A DNA stretch of 64,000 nt, from the NCBI GenBank assembly GCA_000165425.1, contig CT868003.1, positions 1-64,000 of the forward strand. Reading direction: 5' to 3'. This document shows, piece by piece, positions 24,528-37,605 of the stretch; the stretch's first letter is position 1, and each line of letters starts with the position of its first letter. This DNA comes from Paramecium tetraurelia (Eukaryota). The notes beneath the pieces are model-generated. The model worked only from the letters and a program-made list of their open reading frames with translations. It ran no database searches and was not told where the DNA came from. The translations under genes were made by a program, and so were the position numbers.

Positions 24528-27500
24528 ATGAGTTTTGCTGGTTTTGGGCAGAATTTTAATGGGGACGAAATGGCAAGGGAATAATAGAAGGCTCAGGATG
24601 GTTGGGATATCGAAGATGAGGATTTTCCTTCTGATCATGGAAATTAAGATCAGCAGTAATAATTAAACAATTTTAGAGATAATCCAAATTAAAATTAAAA
24701 ACAGAATGAATGGGAAATCGCTGATGATATTGACGATCCCTTCTAAACACCAGCAGAAACCTAATTAAAACAGGAATAATAAACTTAAATTTAATAAGAT
24801 GAATAAAAATCTCCAGAATAAGTAGATATGTGGGGAAAAATAACAAGCACTGTCCAGTAGACTTAAACAATCGAAAAACTTATTAAAGAAAGTGCGCCTT
24901 AAAAAATTAAGCAAACCTTTCAAAATATATTTGGATCCCAAAATAGTGGATCCAATAATATTATTATTTCACAGGAGCAAACATCAAATAGCAAAGTATT
25001 CGCAAGTGTTTAGTAGGTAATTGATATGAAGAAATTATTCGAACTTGAAAAGTAAGTATTATAATAATCTAGATCTGAACTTGAAGACCAAATGAAGTTA
25101 AGAAGAATCTAAGAGCAAAATGAATTAAGAGAGCAAAAGTAGGAATTAGAAAATAAAATAAGGCAATTCCAAATTGAGAAGGAATAATTCAATCAGCAAT
25201 TAAAGGAAGCCAAATAATTATTTAAATTGACTGAGCTCATAGAACCACAAGATAATCATTAAGTCATTATTTGTAAATTGACCAAAGAGAATGAAAACCT
25301 AAACAACGACATCACTAAACTGATAGATACATAAGAAAAATAGATCAATGATTATGAGGACAATATCGAATAAATGTAATAAGAGATTGAGTATTACAAA
25401 AATCAGTTCATTAAATACTAATCGAAATATGAAAATGCCAAAGAAAAGATGAGAGTAGAGATTCCCAAAATTTAAAATTAGCTAATGACTATTAAGAATA
25501 TAGAACTAAATACATTAGTTACAAATAAACTGACATAATTCTAAAAATATTATATCACCAAACAACAGGACTTGTTGCAATATGCATTATAAACAACTTC
25601 AAAATAATCTAAACAAATAGGTTCTCTTAAAGAGGATAATATAAGATTGATGCAACAAGTTGATGAATTAGATGAGTTAAAGGACGAACATTAATCAAGT
25701 TTATATATTATAAAACAGTTGAGAGTCTCAGAGGATAAACTAATGGAAGAAAATGAGAGAATCTAAAATCAGAATTAGGATAAGGAGAATCAGATCATGG
25801 AACTCTAAAATTAATTAAGTGATTTGAGAAATGAAAATGAGAAGGACAAATTTAATTTAAATCAACTGATTGCATCTTTACAATCATAGCTTGACTAATT
25901 TAAAAGAAACTCTGTTGATAAATAGACTATTAATAAATTAGAAAATTAATTGGCACTCATTCAAGAGGAAAAGAGAGCTTTACTAAGTAGTTTAGAGAAC
26001 AAAGAAACACAAATCATAGTATTGGAACAATAAATCTAAGAATTAAATGAGGAATTGACTAAGCAGTAGAATGTAGATTCGAATGATATTTGGAAGTAGG
26101 AGGATAAAGGTTGGGAATTGGATGATTCTTTTTAAAAAAAATATGATGAATGTAATTTATGAATTAATGTATTAGTGGAGTTATAAATGATTCAATATCG
26201 AAATGAAAATCATGAATTAAAATATTAGCTTAAGGAAATGGAGGTTCGAATGCTCTAGTAATAGCATAAGTAAGAGGCTCAGGTTGAGTAGATGCATTAA
26301 TTATAGATGTGTTTAGTTGACACAGAATATTAGAAGAACTTTTAAAATGCAGTATAGTATTAAATTAATCAAAATATTTAAGATAAGAAAGAATTTAAGA
26401 ATTAGAAGAACAAATTTCTATTGAAAAAAGGAAGTTCTCAGATGAAGAAGAAAAGGTAAGTGAATAAAATTTATAGCCGGATGAAGATTCCCAAAGAGCA
26501 ATTAATTAATTGAGATAAATCGACTATGAGGAAAATGCAGTATAAAGAGAGGATGGGGCTTGGGAATTCGAAGATAGTCTAAATGTTGACATCTAAGAAG
26601 TAATATTATAATATTAAGTATTTTAGTAAGAAGTTGTTAATGAAGGAACTGGTGAGTATTAAAATATCTAATTAGGCTAAGGACAAGAAATAAAACAGGA
26701 TGATTATGAAAAATAAGTAGATGAAAGTTCTGATTTTTAAGATGAAATAGAATAGAATGATGATTATGTGTAGGATGATTCTAAATAAAATGATCAGTCA
26801 GACAATAAAATAGAATAGTAATATGACTTATCCTAAGAATAAGGATGGGAAGATAATTAAAATGAGATTGAAGAGATTCAATAAAATATAGAGAAGGATT
26901 CAGAGGAACACTCAGAAAAACAAGGATTATTATAAAATTATGATGAGGAAGATGAAGAAAATTATGAAAACCTAGAAGATAATTATGATCTTGAGAAAGA
27001 TTAGGATCATCAATAAAAGGAAGAGTATTACGATGATGAAGAATTGCCAGAATAAGATTCAAAACAATTATCCTAAGATAATCAAGTAGAAGTTTAATAG
27101 ATGAATATGGAATAAAATCATTTGGATTATGAAAATAATTAAAATGAATATTCAGAATAAGAATAAGAATAAGAATAAGAAGATGAAGAAGGTTAAAAAC
27201 AGGAAGAGATTTAAAATGAGGAAGAGGATTCTGAATATTAAAATGTAGAATATGAGAGTTAAGAAAATAATCATGATTAAAATAAAGAAGGTTCTGAGGA
27301 TTAAATATCATCAAATGAATAAATTGAATCATAAAATGAAGATTAAGAAGAAGAATAAAAAGAACATGGTTCTAATGAAGAATTTAATTAAGATTAGGAA
27401 TAAGAATAAGAAGAAAATGATTATGAAGAATAATAATTTAATCAAAATTAAAAAGATTATGTTGATGATAAATAAAATAATGATAATCAGAGTTAAGAAG

Positions 27501-28762
27501 AATAAGTTTAAATCGATAACGATTAGGATGAATAAGAAATTAAATCAGATGAATAAAATTAAAAGGATCAATTAAATACATCTGACAAAAATCCTTAAGG
27601 GGAGGAGTTGAATTCCTAAGAGGGAGATCATGAACAGAATGATGATGAAAATGAACCCTTATCAGAGATTGAAGGAGAAGATGATCAATTAATTAATCAA
27701 TAATAAGTTGATGATAACAGAGAATTATCAAAAGAGGATCAAGTTGAAGATGATAATTCTGACAAGGAAATTAATAATGTAAATCAGTAGAACGTTTAAA
27801 ATAATTTATAAGAAGAATCCCCACAGTAATTAGTAAATATCAATGACGAATTGGCTGCTGAAGATTTCAATACTTAAGAAAACAACTAAAATAATGAAGA
27901 AGTTGAGATATAAAATTAGATCAATAAGGAATAAGAGTAGTTAGAAATATAATATTAGCTTGTTGTTGAACCCACAAATAATTCTAATTTTGAAAATCAA
28001 GCAAAAGAATAGAGTTTAGGTGATTTAGATGCTATAGATACTCACATTAATAATAATGCTTAGTAGAAAGTTGCCATTAATTCTTCTAATTAAATAGAAA
28101 ATAATTACAACATAGAAGACAATTCTCAAAAGAATGCTCAATTTTCTTAAGATCTTTCTCATTCCTATCAGGATATAGGCGTTTAAGAAGTTATCTCAAA
28201 ACCAATTTTATATTCAGACCCAAGGTCTTAAGAAAAGAGTGTGAATGATTAAGAGGATGAAATTTAAAATGTTTAAGAACATTATGAAGTGGAAGTAAAG
28301 TTAAACGAACAACAAATTAAAAATTAAGATGTTGAAGAGAATGAGAATCCAGATGAAGATGATGGCAATCAATGGAATGTAGATGATGATATTGACTTCG
28401 ATAATGAAATAGAAAATCAGTAAGTGCAAACAAATAATGAGGAGAATTAGAGTAATAAATAAATTATTGAAACGAATTTAAATAATTCATCATAAAACCA
28501 GAAAGAAAATGAGGAAGGATAATAGGAACCACTTGAAAATTAGAAAGTAAACTAATAATTTGAAGAAGAAACTCCTGATGTGTAATTTGATGATGATCAA
28601 GATAATTAAGAAGAGAATAATAACCCAGCAGTGAAGAATGCGGAAAGAGTGAGTCAAGGTTAAGTGGATTTGGAGGATGAATTAGAAGAAATTGATCCAT
28701 GGGCGGAGTAGTAAAAGCAAGGGGAGAATGCAGAATCAGGTTGGGATTTAGATGATATATGA
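24528..28762 (+). CDS. Large acidic coiled-coil (golgin-like) protein with repeated acidic-Trp motifs
   Basis: MSFAGFGQNF..DGWDIEDEDF, long coiled coil, long D/E/Q/N low-complexity tract, ends ESGWDLDDI-TGA; several tiny introns; internal exon structure approximate. Confidence 0.75.
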
Positions 28763-28800
28763 TTATTGTCTAATATATATTAAATGTTTATAATTGATAC

Positions 28801-29057
28801 TCAAAAATACAACCCTAAAGCTAAAAATGTGAATACTGTGCCGGAGGATAGAAACAGAGCTGTAAAAAACCCAATTGCCAACTCTTTTGTTAATGCTCTT
28901 TATTCTTTTTATTTAGTAAATTAATAACTATCACTTAGCATATGAGTTGTTACATTATAAAATCTGATAAGAAACAAAACCCAATAAATGTTAAGACAAT
29001 CGATAAATTGCTGTAGTGTTTTGGGTCTATTAAGGGCTAATATGGGGAATATACCAT
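28801..29057 (-). CDS. TMEM258: Oligosaccharyltransferase small subunit TMEM258/OST5 (UPF0197)
   Basis: MVYSPYQPLIDPKHYSNLSIVLTFIGFCFLSDFIIYQFTKQKEQRALTKELAIGFFTALFLSSGTVFTFLALGLYF; two TMs, one intron. Confidence 0.85.
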
Positions 29058-29111
29058 AATTATTAATAATGTATTTATTATATTTTTTTATAGTTAATAA
29101 TTCAAATTTGA

Positions 29112-30612
29112 ATGAGTTTTGTAAACGATTTGGATGATCTCTGTGATTTTAGCAAATTAAGTCAAAAGTGGAAATAAACAAAAAATGAATAAATAAAATA
29201 GCCATCTCCGAGTCCTTCGAAAACTGAATCTGATATCACTTCTAGTAAATGTGTTTCCAATCCATGGAATAAAGGTTTAGATTGTTGTAGTATTCTAGAA
29301 AATTACGTGCCGAATAACGAAGAAGCAAAAAAGAATAGTAACAAAATTAGAAATCATGCTCCTCAAATAATAGATGAGGACACAGAACAATTTAAAATAA
29401 GATTGGAACATATTTTAAATGTATTTAAGACAGAAGCCACAAGTGAATTTATGGCTATGAAGAGATCTATGTTGGAGGATTAGAAATAAACAATTAAAGT
29501 AGACACTGAAAAGTATTTGTAAATGTATGAATTGAAAAATAATGAATTATCACAAACAAAAGAATAATTGGCAGAATAAATGAGAATTTGCAATTAGATT
29601 ACTGAGAGATCTGAGAAAATTGCATAATATTGTGGTAAAATGAAGAATACAAAAAGAAGATAACAAGTCCTATCAAATGTATTAAAAGGTTTAAAGATGT
29701 ATGCTAAATATTCGTTAAAGAAGAAAAATGTAATAAATATATATATATATTAGAATTAAAAAAAAGGGACTAAACATTACAAACTGTATTTATAAAGATG
29801 GATTTTTAATTTATGGAAGAAGTAGTTCAATATTCAAATCAGAATTAATTAATCTGATAAATTGAAATTGGCTCATTAAAATGATGTGGATTTGTTGTTG
29901 GCTAAATTCCAAAAAGAACAATAATTATTGGAATAGAAATTATTGGAAGCCACGTCTTAATTAGATGAAGCCAATAAAATCAAATTGTCAATGTAAGAAA
30001 ACTTAAAGAGGGCGTTTATGAGAGGAGTTTGTGCTCTCAATTTTGAAGCCATGAATGTATTGAATGGGTCATCTCAATAAATGGAATTAGATTCCTTAGC
30101 AACCAATTTATTAATGAATCCATTCTAATAATCAACTACTACATAGTAATAATAGTCAACTCTTCATTAACCTTAATAATTTAATTAATTAAATGACACA
30201 TTGATTTTAAATGAAAGCAAAGATCAATGGTAGAGATAGCATTCACCTCCTAAAAATGTCACTTATCACTAACAAAATAGATTAGAAACAAATGATCATC
30301 GTTGGAAAGATGCCCCCATCGTTGGAATGAAGTAATTGTCAGAAATTACTGAAAATCAGAGCATAAATATGTCAATATCGAAATTAGTATAACAAGGTAA
30401 TATTCAAGATTTATTTAGATGATCTATAATTTGATAGGGACGATGAGTAAAATGAAGGCAAAGTTATTAAAGTAACCTTTGACAATCCTTCGACCATACC
30501 AACTTAGACCTAATCTATGAAAAAATAGACAGTTCAAACAAAACAACCGTAAACTAAATAACCACAAAAATAGACCACAACATCTAGTTCATCAACATTT
30601 AAGAAGAAATGA
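29112..30612 (+). CDS. POC5: Centriolar/basal body protein POC5
   Basis: POC5 box QENLKRAFMRGVCALNFEAMNVL, preceded by Sfi1-like repeats and a coiled coil. Confidence 0.88.
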
Positions 30613-30648
30613 ATGTATTAATTATTTTGAAATTAATAATTATCAAAT

Positions 30649-31551
30649 TCATTAATATGGTACCTTCTCTATTTTAGCTTTGTTATCATAATTCTTTAAA
30701 TATTTAACGATTGATTATATGTTATTAGTCCCTCCTAATGGTTAGATTACATAATGATCATTCTCCTATTATTTAATTTGAAATCCATTGTGCTTAACAA
30801 TGCTTCTAAATTAATTTGGTAGAAAGCCTTTTCCTTTTGATTCTATAACAATGTCATAACCTGTAATCTCTTTTTTAGGTATTTCTATTTGATTCAATTT
30901 AACATTGATTTCTTATTCCTATTTTGATTACCTTCTTGATTAACTCTAAGTAGAATTATATTACGATAAATAACTCTTTTATTTCTGATATTCTGCCTCC
31001 AACTATCTTTCTTGATGTTCTAATTTCTTGTCCCTCAAAGAGTCATGTTTAAGAAAGCTCAGATCAGAAGCCATAAAATTAGTTTTTCCAGGATGTTTGT
31101 GCTCTTCATAATATTTGCCAAGAGTATTAAATAATACACTCTACTAGGATTGTTTATTTTCAACTTTTAAATCGTCTTTTCTGAATTCTGCATTTAAAGT
31201 ACCTCTTACATATGAGGGCTGCTAATATTGAGGTTCAGTTGTAACTCTGGATGAGAGGATTGCTGATTACTTTTTCTTATTGTTTTAATATTGGAGTGCT
31301 TATTTATCATTTCTAATTTAAATTTTTGTATCATGGAAAATATTGCTCTACAAATAGCTTTGCTTATTCTTATTGGCCAAATATTAATTTTCCTCATAAT
31401 CCTGTTTAGAGTTATTTGGTTTAGATGGTTTGTATTTGATAGCCTCTCCTACTGAATTTGATAACAATTCTTTTATTTTAGACTCTTAATAATATGTCTA
31501 TGACTTTTTCCTGTTTTCAATAGGATAGCGGCTTTCAGGAAATAGTAGCAT
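30649..31551 (-). CDS. Hypothetical protein
   Basis: MLLFPESRYPIENRKK..IEKVPYQ-TGA, open in the ciliate code. Confidence 0.7.
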
Positions 31552-31688
31552 TAAAAAAAGAAATAAAATTTATATATTTTATCAAACTTTAGAATTAATT
31601 CATTTAATTGTTAAGACATTATGTCATGACCAAAAATGAATTCAGAGAAAACAAAATTCCATTAGATGGTATAAATGATAATTCAATA

Positions 31689-32905
31689 TCAATAAAACAT
31701 TTTTTTTTCTATTAGAGAAGATCCATGTTCATCGTAGTCCGACTTATTTAAGGTCCATTGATCATATATTTATGAACTTGCCACGATGGAAGCTCCCAAC
31801 CAAGATGCATGTTAACGATCAAAATACTTGTGGAGGGTTTGCACTTTGCTTCTTGTAGATAATCCAAAGATTTTAAGATTATTGATAGTTCTTTAAAATC
31901 TTTCAACCATATTAACTGTGCAACTTGCTCCTCCTATCAAAATTACATTCTGAACAAGTTCCTTTCTATAATCTGAATCAATTTTCTCCAAACTTGTTTC
32001 TAATGCCTTATCCAATCCTTCGAAGTTTTCAGTTGGTTCATATAAGAATTCGGGGTACTTGTACATTTCTTCAGATATTAACAATTTAGTCTAGTCTGGT
32101 AATTCGTAAGCCTGATTGTCAACAGTTGGGTTGAATTTTCTTAATATTAGTAAGTATGGATAATTACAAATTGTCTATGGGTTAATCATATAGTTTAACA
32201 CATTAATGCTTGATTTCTCTAACTATCTCCAAATCTCCATACATTTAAAGAGAGGGTGAGAGTTGACTATAATTTTTAAATCTAGAAAATGGCAAACCCT
32301 ATTATTTCCAAACCTCATATAATTTATTAGTTAAATACTCCCCTCCTATGTCACCTCTAAGAATGCCTAAAACTTGGTAAATTTAGATTACCTTTTTCTA
32401 TAACATTTCCATCTAATATCGGAGTAATTGTTGTATGAGATGCTCCACAATCAACTACTAGTACATTTTCTTTTCCTACTATATATTATGCTAACATAGT
32501 GTTTCTGTGGAAAAACACAGAGGAAACATCAATTTCTTCAAAAAGCATTTCTATGATTTTGTTTCTGGTTTCCTTTTTGACATTACCATTTTCAACAAAG
32601 AAAAAGGGGAATTGTTTCTCTTAAAATAAAACATTATTGAGAATGTGTTCGACATATTCTTTCCATATATCGAAATCAACTATCTATCCTCCTTGAAGGA
32701 TATTCTTAACATCAAATCCAATAGGTTGATACGTGCTATTTTATTCAATAAACTTCATATTTCCCTCGCTATCCATCAACAAATCAGAAGGCAAAACTAC
32801 TTCTGGTCCATCAGTTCCTGCATATCCAACTCTTGTATTTTATTGTCCGAATTCAAATATAACAGGGATTTTGTACCCTTTATTTTTTTTGTATGGTATG
32901 AACAT
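31689..32905 (-). CDS. Actin-related protein (ARP4-like/divergent actin)
   Basis: TRVGYAGTDGP, VVDCGASHTTITPILDG, IGGEYLT, YELPD, PEFLYEP, NVILIGGAS, WLGASIVAS, DYDEHG; two introns. Confidence 0.9.
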
Positions 32906-32955
32906 AAATTAATATAAAACAAATATTATTGTTTACTGTAAATAATGTAATTTTA

Positions 32956-35900
32956 TCATTTGAGTTTCTTCTTCTTGATAAGCTTCTTAGACTGTATCTT
33001 GATTTAATTTACAACACAATCGTAATTATTCTAAGGTTTAAACTATTAATATATTCCAATATAATCAATATCAAAGTTATCCTTAAGATCTTACTTATAC
33101 AAGACATTATCTAAATCACTGTAGTGTTAATTTTATCTAGAAGACAAAGCTGAGTATGATCTAGAGTTAGATGCTGAGATTGACTTTTTCTTAATATCAG
33201 GACTAACAGCACTAGAAACAGTATTCGTTTACTTTTGTGTAGTTCTCCTAACAATAGTTGAGGGATTATTCCCGTCTCTCCTTTGAGCTTCATCAATGCT
33301 GGACATACCAACAGAGCTAATGGACATGGCAGATTGATATGGATTATTTGCAATTGGAATATTTAATAATGAGTTGCTCTCTTCAGAGACTATTGGGAGT
33401 TGATTTTATACACTTGGAACATAATTAGTCGAGGATCTATATTAGGGTCTAGACATAGCCTAATATTCAGGCTATGGAGCAGCCAATACTTATTATTTAG
33501 AATTTTATTCATGATAGAATGGATCATATGAAAATGTTAATTTTGGTTGAGCATTTCTGCTGCTGCTAACTAAAAGTTGATTTGTTCCAAGAGGAGATTG
33601 AGCATATGTTTTCGATTAATATAGAGATTACTGTGTTTGTTATTAGTTTTGCTGATATTGTTATTATTTTAATTACTAACTCTTTTGACTCTAATAAGTA
33701 TTTTATCCACTGGATGATCTGAAAGTATTGCTATTTTAAGTAAACTATTTGTGCTGTAATGGTATGTTGATCGAATCTCCAAAATACAAATCCTCACCGG
33801 TTTGGAATCCAGCGGTTTGTAAAGTTTACTTATTGACTTAATGTCGATTAATTTCCTGTTGTTGTTGTTGTGATTGCCATTATTATTAGTAATATTACAA
33901 CTATTCTTCATTATCAATATGATCATGATAGATGATGTCCCTCAAAGTTTGACCTGAAATCATTTCAACACTTTTCTAAAGTAGATATATAAATATACTC
34001 TTGATGGGTTGGTTAAGTCTTTGTATGATTATCTACCTAATTAAATTTCTTCATCATCTTCATCTTCATCATCCTCCTCTTCCTCCTCATCATAATAATC
34101 TATTCGATTATTTATTTCCGGTTCTTGAAACATGAATCCATAATTCCTTTTCAATCTCCTACCACAACTTCGTACTAGTTTAAAATTGTATAACGAGTTC
34201 ACTCTCCAATCCCACTTCCTTTCAAATTTCTCTCTTTTTTATGGGACTGAATATAAATATCTACTGATCACTATGTTTTTATTTAAAACCGAATGCACTT
34301 TATTACATCCAGAACTCAAATGACATTATGATCCACAGACATAGCAATTTTGTAACAATAATTCTATTTTATTCATAAATAACACTTCATTTTTTATGGA
34401 ATGCAGCATTTCTAAATCACTATTAATCTTTTTTATTGTATCCCAAAATAATGAGTGTTTTATTTAAATAAGTATAGAATTTCCCTTACTTCTCATTGTT
34501 AGATTGTGTCCCTGACTCATAAGCAAATTTTCTATTCCAATAGCCTAGTTGGCAGGTAAATTTTACAAATAAATATTTTTATCATAGATCCCTATTTCTC
34601 CTTGAAGCACTACATACATGTACTCATCTAATTGACCTTTCTCAACTATTATTTCATTGGTTTTATAAAACTTGAGAGTTGATTCATATCCAATTTCATC
34701 CAAGGATTGCTTAGAAAAATACTACTTAAAAAAACTAATCTGCTGTAATTTCTTGCTCTTCATTAAAAAAAACAAAGGTTTCTATAAATTAATTGGGAGT
34801 GATTGCATCAAATTGTTGACCTATTATAAATCGAACTCTTAGTTACAGTTGCTAATGTATTTGAGTATTAGTTTTCTTTCAGTACTTCCCTTGTATCTTA
34901 TATCATTCTGTAATCAACTTTATTGTTCTGTAAGAAGTCTGAAAATATCTTCATCCTAACATTTAACATAAAATAGTACTCGTTTGTGGAGAATAAGTAT
35001 TTGATGAATGAGGTTAAAAATAGCAATTAAAAATAATAGGATGCAATCTAAACTATTATTGTGTAGATCTGATTGGATTGATGGTGCGACTCAATATTAT
35101 GGAAGGGCAACTTTCTAATTATAGTTAATGTTATACGCAATTGTTCATTGTCCAAATTACTGATTCGATGTAACTGAACTCATCTTCTTGGAGTAGCAGC
35201 CATAGATTGGCGATGTAGTTGATGTAGATCAGAAATATAAAGGAAAAGGTGATTGCATTCCAATGGAACCGGTATTTGATCCCAGTCAGTAAGAGGAGTA
35301 ACAATATTAATTTCCCAGTATTGCCGAAATCAAAATTAATTAATAAAGTGCTGGCAATATAAACAAAATTGCAAGTGATATTCACTCTTTCCAGTTTTAG
35401 TTTAAAAATATAATCAATTTATTCGATTAGTAACAATAAGAGAATTAAACCTAAGACCCACAATTACACTGAATTGGTTCCTGCTTACAATGGAACTAGA
35501 ATATATGATATCAATCTTGTGTATTGAAAAAATTATCTCAAGTGTAAAAGGTAGGAAGGCTAGAGTTATACCTCTTGCTTCAAGTAGTTTTCTTTGAAGT
35601 AGGTGGTGGAAACAGGAGATTCCACTATATTAGCATTCCTTTTAAGTTTCTACAGAAATGTCTTGATAATTTACTGTATATCGGTTTGTTTTGGTAACCC
35701 ATTTAATTCTTTCCATTTTAATTAATAATATTATTTAGTGGTAGCTGTATATTGTGGAAGGCTGGGGTTGTGTTCGCTTAAATCCCGTTGCCGATTATTG
35801 ATTTGAGAAAATTAGGAGAGTCTGGATTTGCGTTAACTATAAATTGTTGGATCCCTGACTTCTCCACTGTCACTTAATCTTTTTCTTGATAGGTCGGAGA

Positions 35901-36021
35901 ATTCAATTTTAAAATTTCTCATATGCTCATCCATAAGGACTGGGGAAGCATGGCCTTGGCTTTAGCACTGACTTTAATCATTCTGATTAGTTCTTGATTT
36001 TCTCAAAAGCCTTTGAGACAT
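32956..36021 (-). CDS. KCNH/CNG-like cyclic-nucleotide-binding membrane protein with degenerate pore and CCHC knuckle
   Basis: TM region, C-linker (SLPINLQKPL), CNBD (YKTNEIIVEKGQLDEYMYVVLQGEIG), CYVCGSQCHLSSGC, acidic and Q-rich tail. Confidence 0.8.
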
Positions 36022-36090
36022 TAAATTATATATAAATTAATAAAAAGTTATTTTAACTGCTTCAAACAAAATATTAAAATTACAATACAG

Positions 36091-37580
36091 TCATTATTTA
36101 GTTTTGCTGTAAGATCTTTGTTGTTCCAAATCAGCAATATCATTAATTTATTTCAAGATTACACTGCTATTTACTTTCGGGTACCTGTATTACATATAGT
36201 TCATCAATTTATCGGTTTTCTAACAAAAATAAATGGATGATCCTTACATTTAGTTTTATCTGAGATTTCAAAAACATGTATTCTGAGTCTCCAATCCATT
36301 CGCTACAAAGTTATTTCTTACTATCCAATAGATTTTAGAAAATGGAGTCCAGCTGTTTCTCATAAGGTATAGAGAATCTTGCTGGAGTAACTTATGATTA
36401 CTATTATTATTATTTTTTATGATAACTGATAGGTTTAACAACTCCAACAAAATATTTGTTTGTGTAAGTTTATGAAAGAAGCTATTATTATAAATAGATA
36501 TCTTCTTTTCTTTTTATTTCGGTCTTGAGATTTTCAGAATCCAGTTTTCTTTCAGAAGAAGATTTCTTGGTTTTTTATTTTTATTAAAATATTTCTGGTA
36601 ATTTTGAATTTTAAAAATTCTTTTTTACAACGACTTCCTTTGATATTTATTTAGGTGAATGTAAATCAAATTCATTAAATGAATATTAAACTGGGTATGA
36701 AATTGTAGTCTCTGAACTATTGATCCAATACATTAAGTGTCTTTTTTATTCTAATGAAAATTCGTAATAAGGTCGATTAATGGCCTCCTTCACCTCCTTC
36801 ATCCTTAAAATCTATAGAATATTCGGTCTCTAATTCTCTCTGATAATCAGACAAATATTAATCAATTTGACCAAACCAGGCGAGTAAAAGTCAGAAATGT
36901 TTATTTGAATTCTTCCTCGACGTAATTACTCCTTGATTTGGTTCTCCGGAGTTGATTAGGGAAATAATAGTTTCTGAGAGACCATAAAATATAGAATATG
37001 GCCGATCTACCAAATGTGAGACTTTTGTGTGTACTGACCATCGAAAAAGTATTCATGTGGCAAGTAGATTGCTGGACAGGGCAACTAACATAGTGTCTAT
37101 CTGGATGACTTATGAAAATCAGTTATTCTGATCTAGTATCCCTCAGTTCTAGCCAATAATAGTATGTTTTCTGGTATGAGAACCCTGTGTTGTATGCCTA
37201 ACTCATTAAGTTGTAATAGAGCGTAAGCCATTTAAAGAAATAGTGACCATATAATGCTCTCTTGCATTTTGTAACCGATATGTTATAAAGTGAAAGTTTT
37301 CAGATCTCCTTAATCACAATATTCTTAAATGATTACTAATTGCTATTCTTCATTCTCCATGTATTCAATAACTTACAATAGAAACTAATTTTTTATTTGA
37401 GCCAACATCTTTATAGCATTTAAACCTATTCAATAATCCATTTTGACATATACCTTCATTCTTATTGGACAGGTACGTTTTCTAAATGTAGGTCTAATTG
37501 TCTGTCAATGATCTCACTTTCTCAACCCTCACTCGACCACTTGAATATAATTCTTAAAGTATTTCATAATTAAATTACAT
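36091..37580 (-). CDS. NEK-like pseudokinase
   Basis: IQEYCDQGDL, IWSLFLQMAYAL, IQHRVLIPENILL, ITDFH, YLPHE, YTQKSHIWQIG. Confidence 0.82.
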
Positions 37581-37605
37581 TTTTTTTAATAATAAAGAAA
37601 TCAAA

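Noticed and set aside
27150..27185. GAATAA tandem repeat
   Set aside because: It encodes EQ repeats; it is not a CRISPR, telomeric or satellite array.
26781..27575. ORF-track proteins of 183 aa (-) and 107 aa (+)
   Set aside because: These are antisense and off-frame shadows of the E/D/Q/N low-complexity part of the 24528-28762 gene, produced by using the wrong genetic code.
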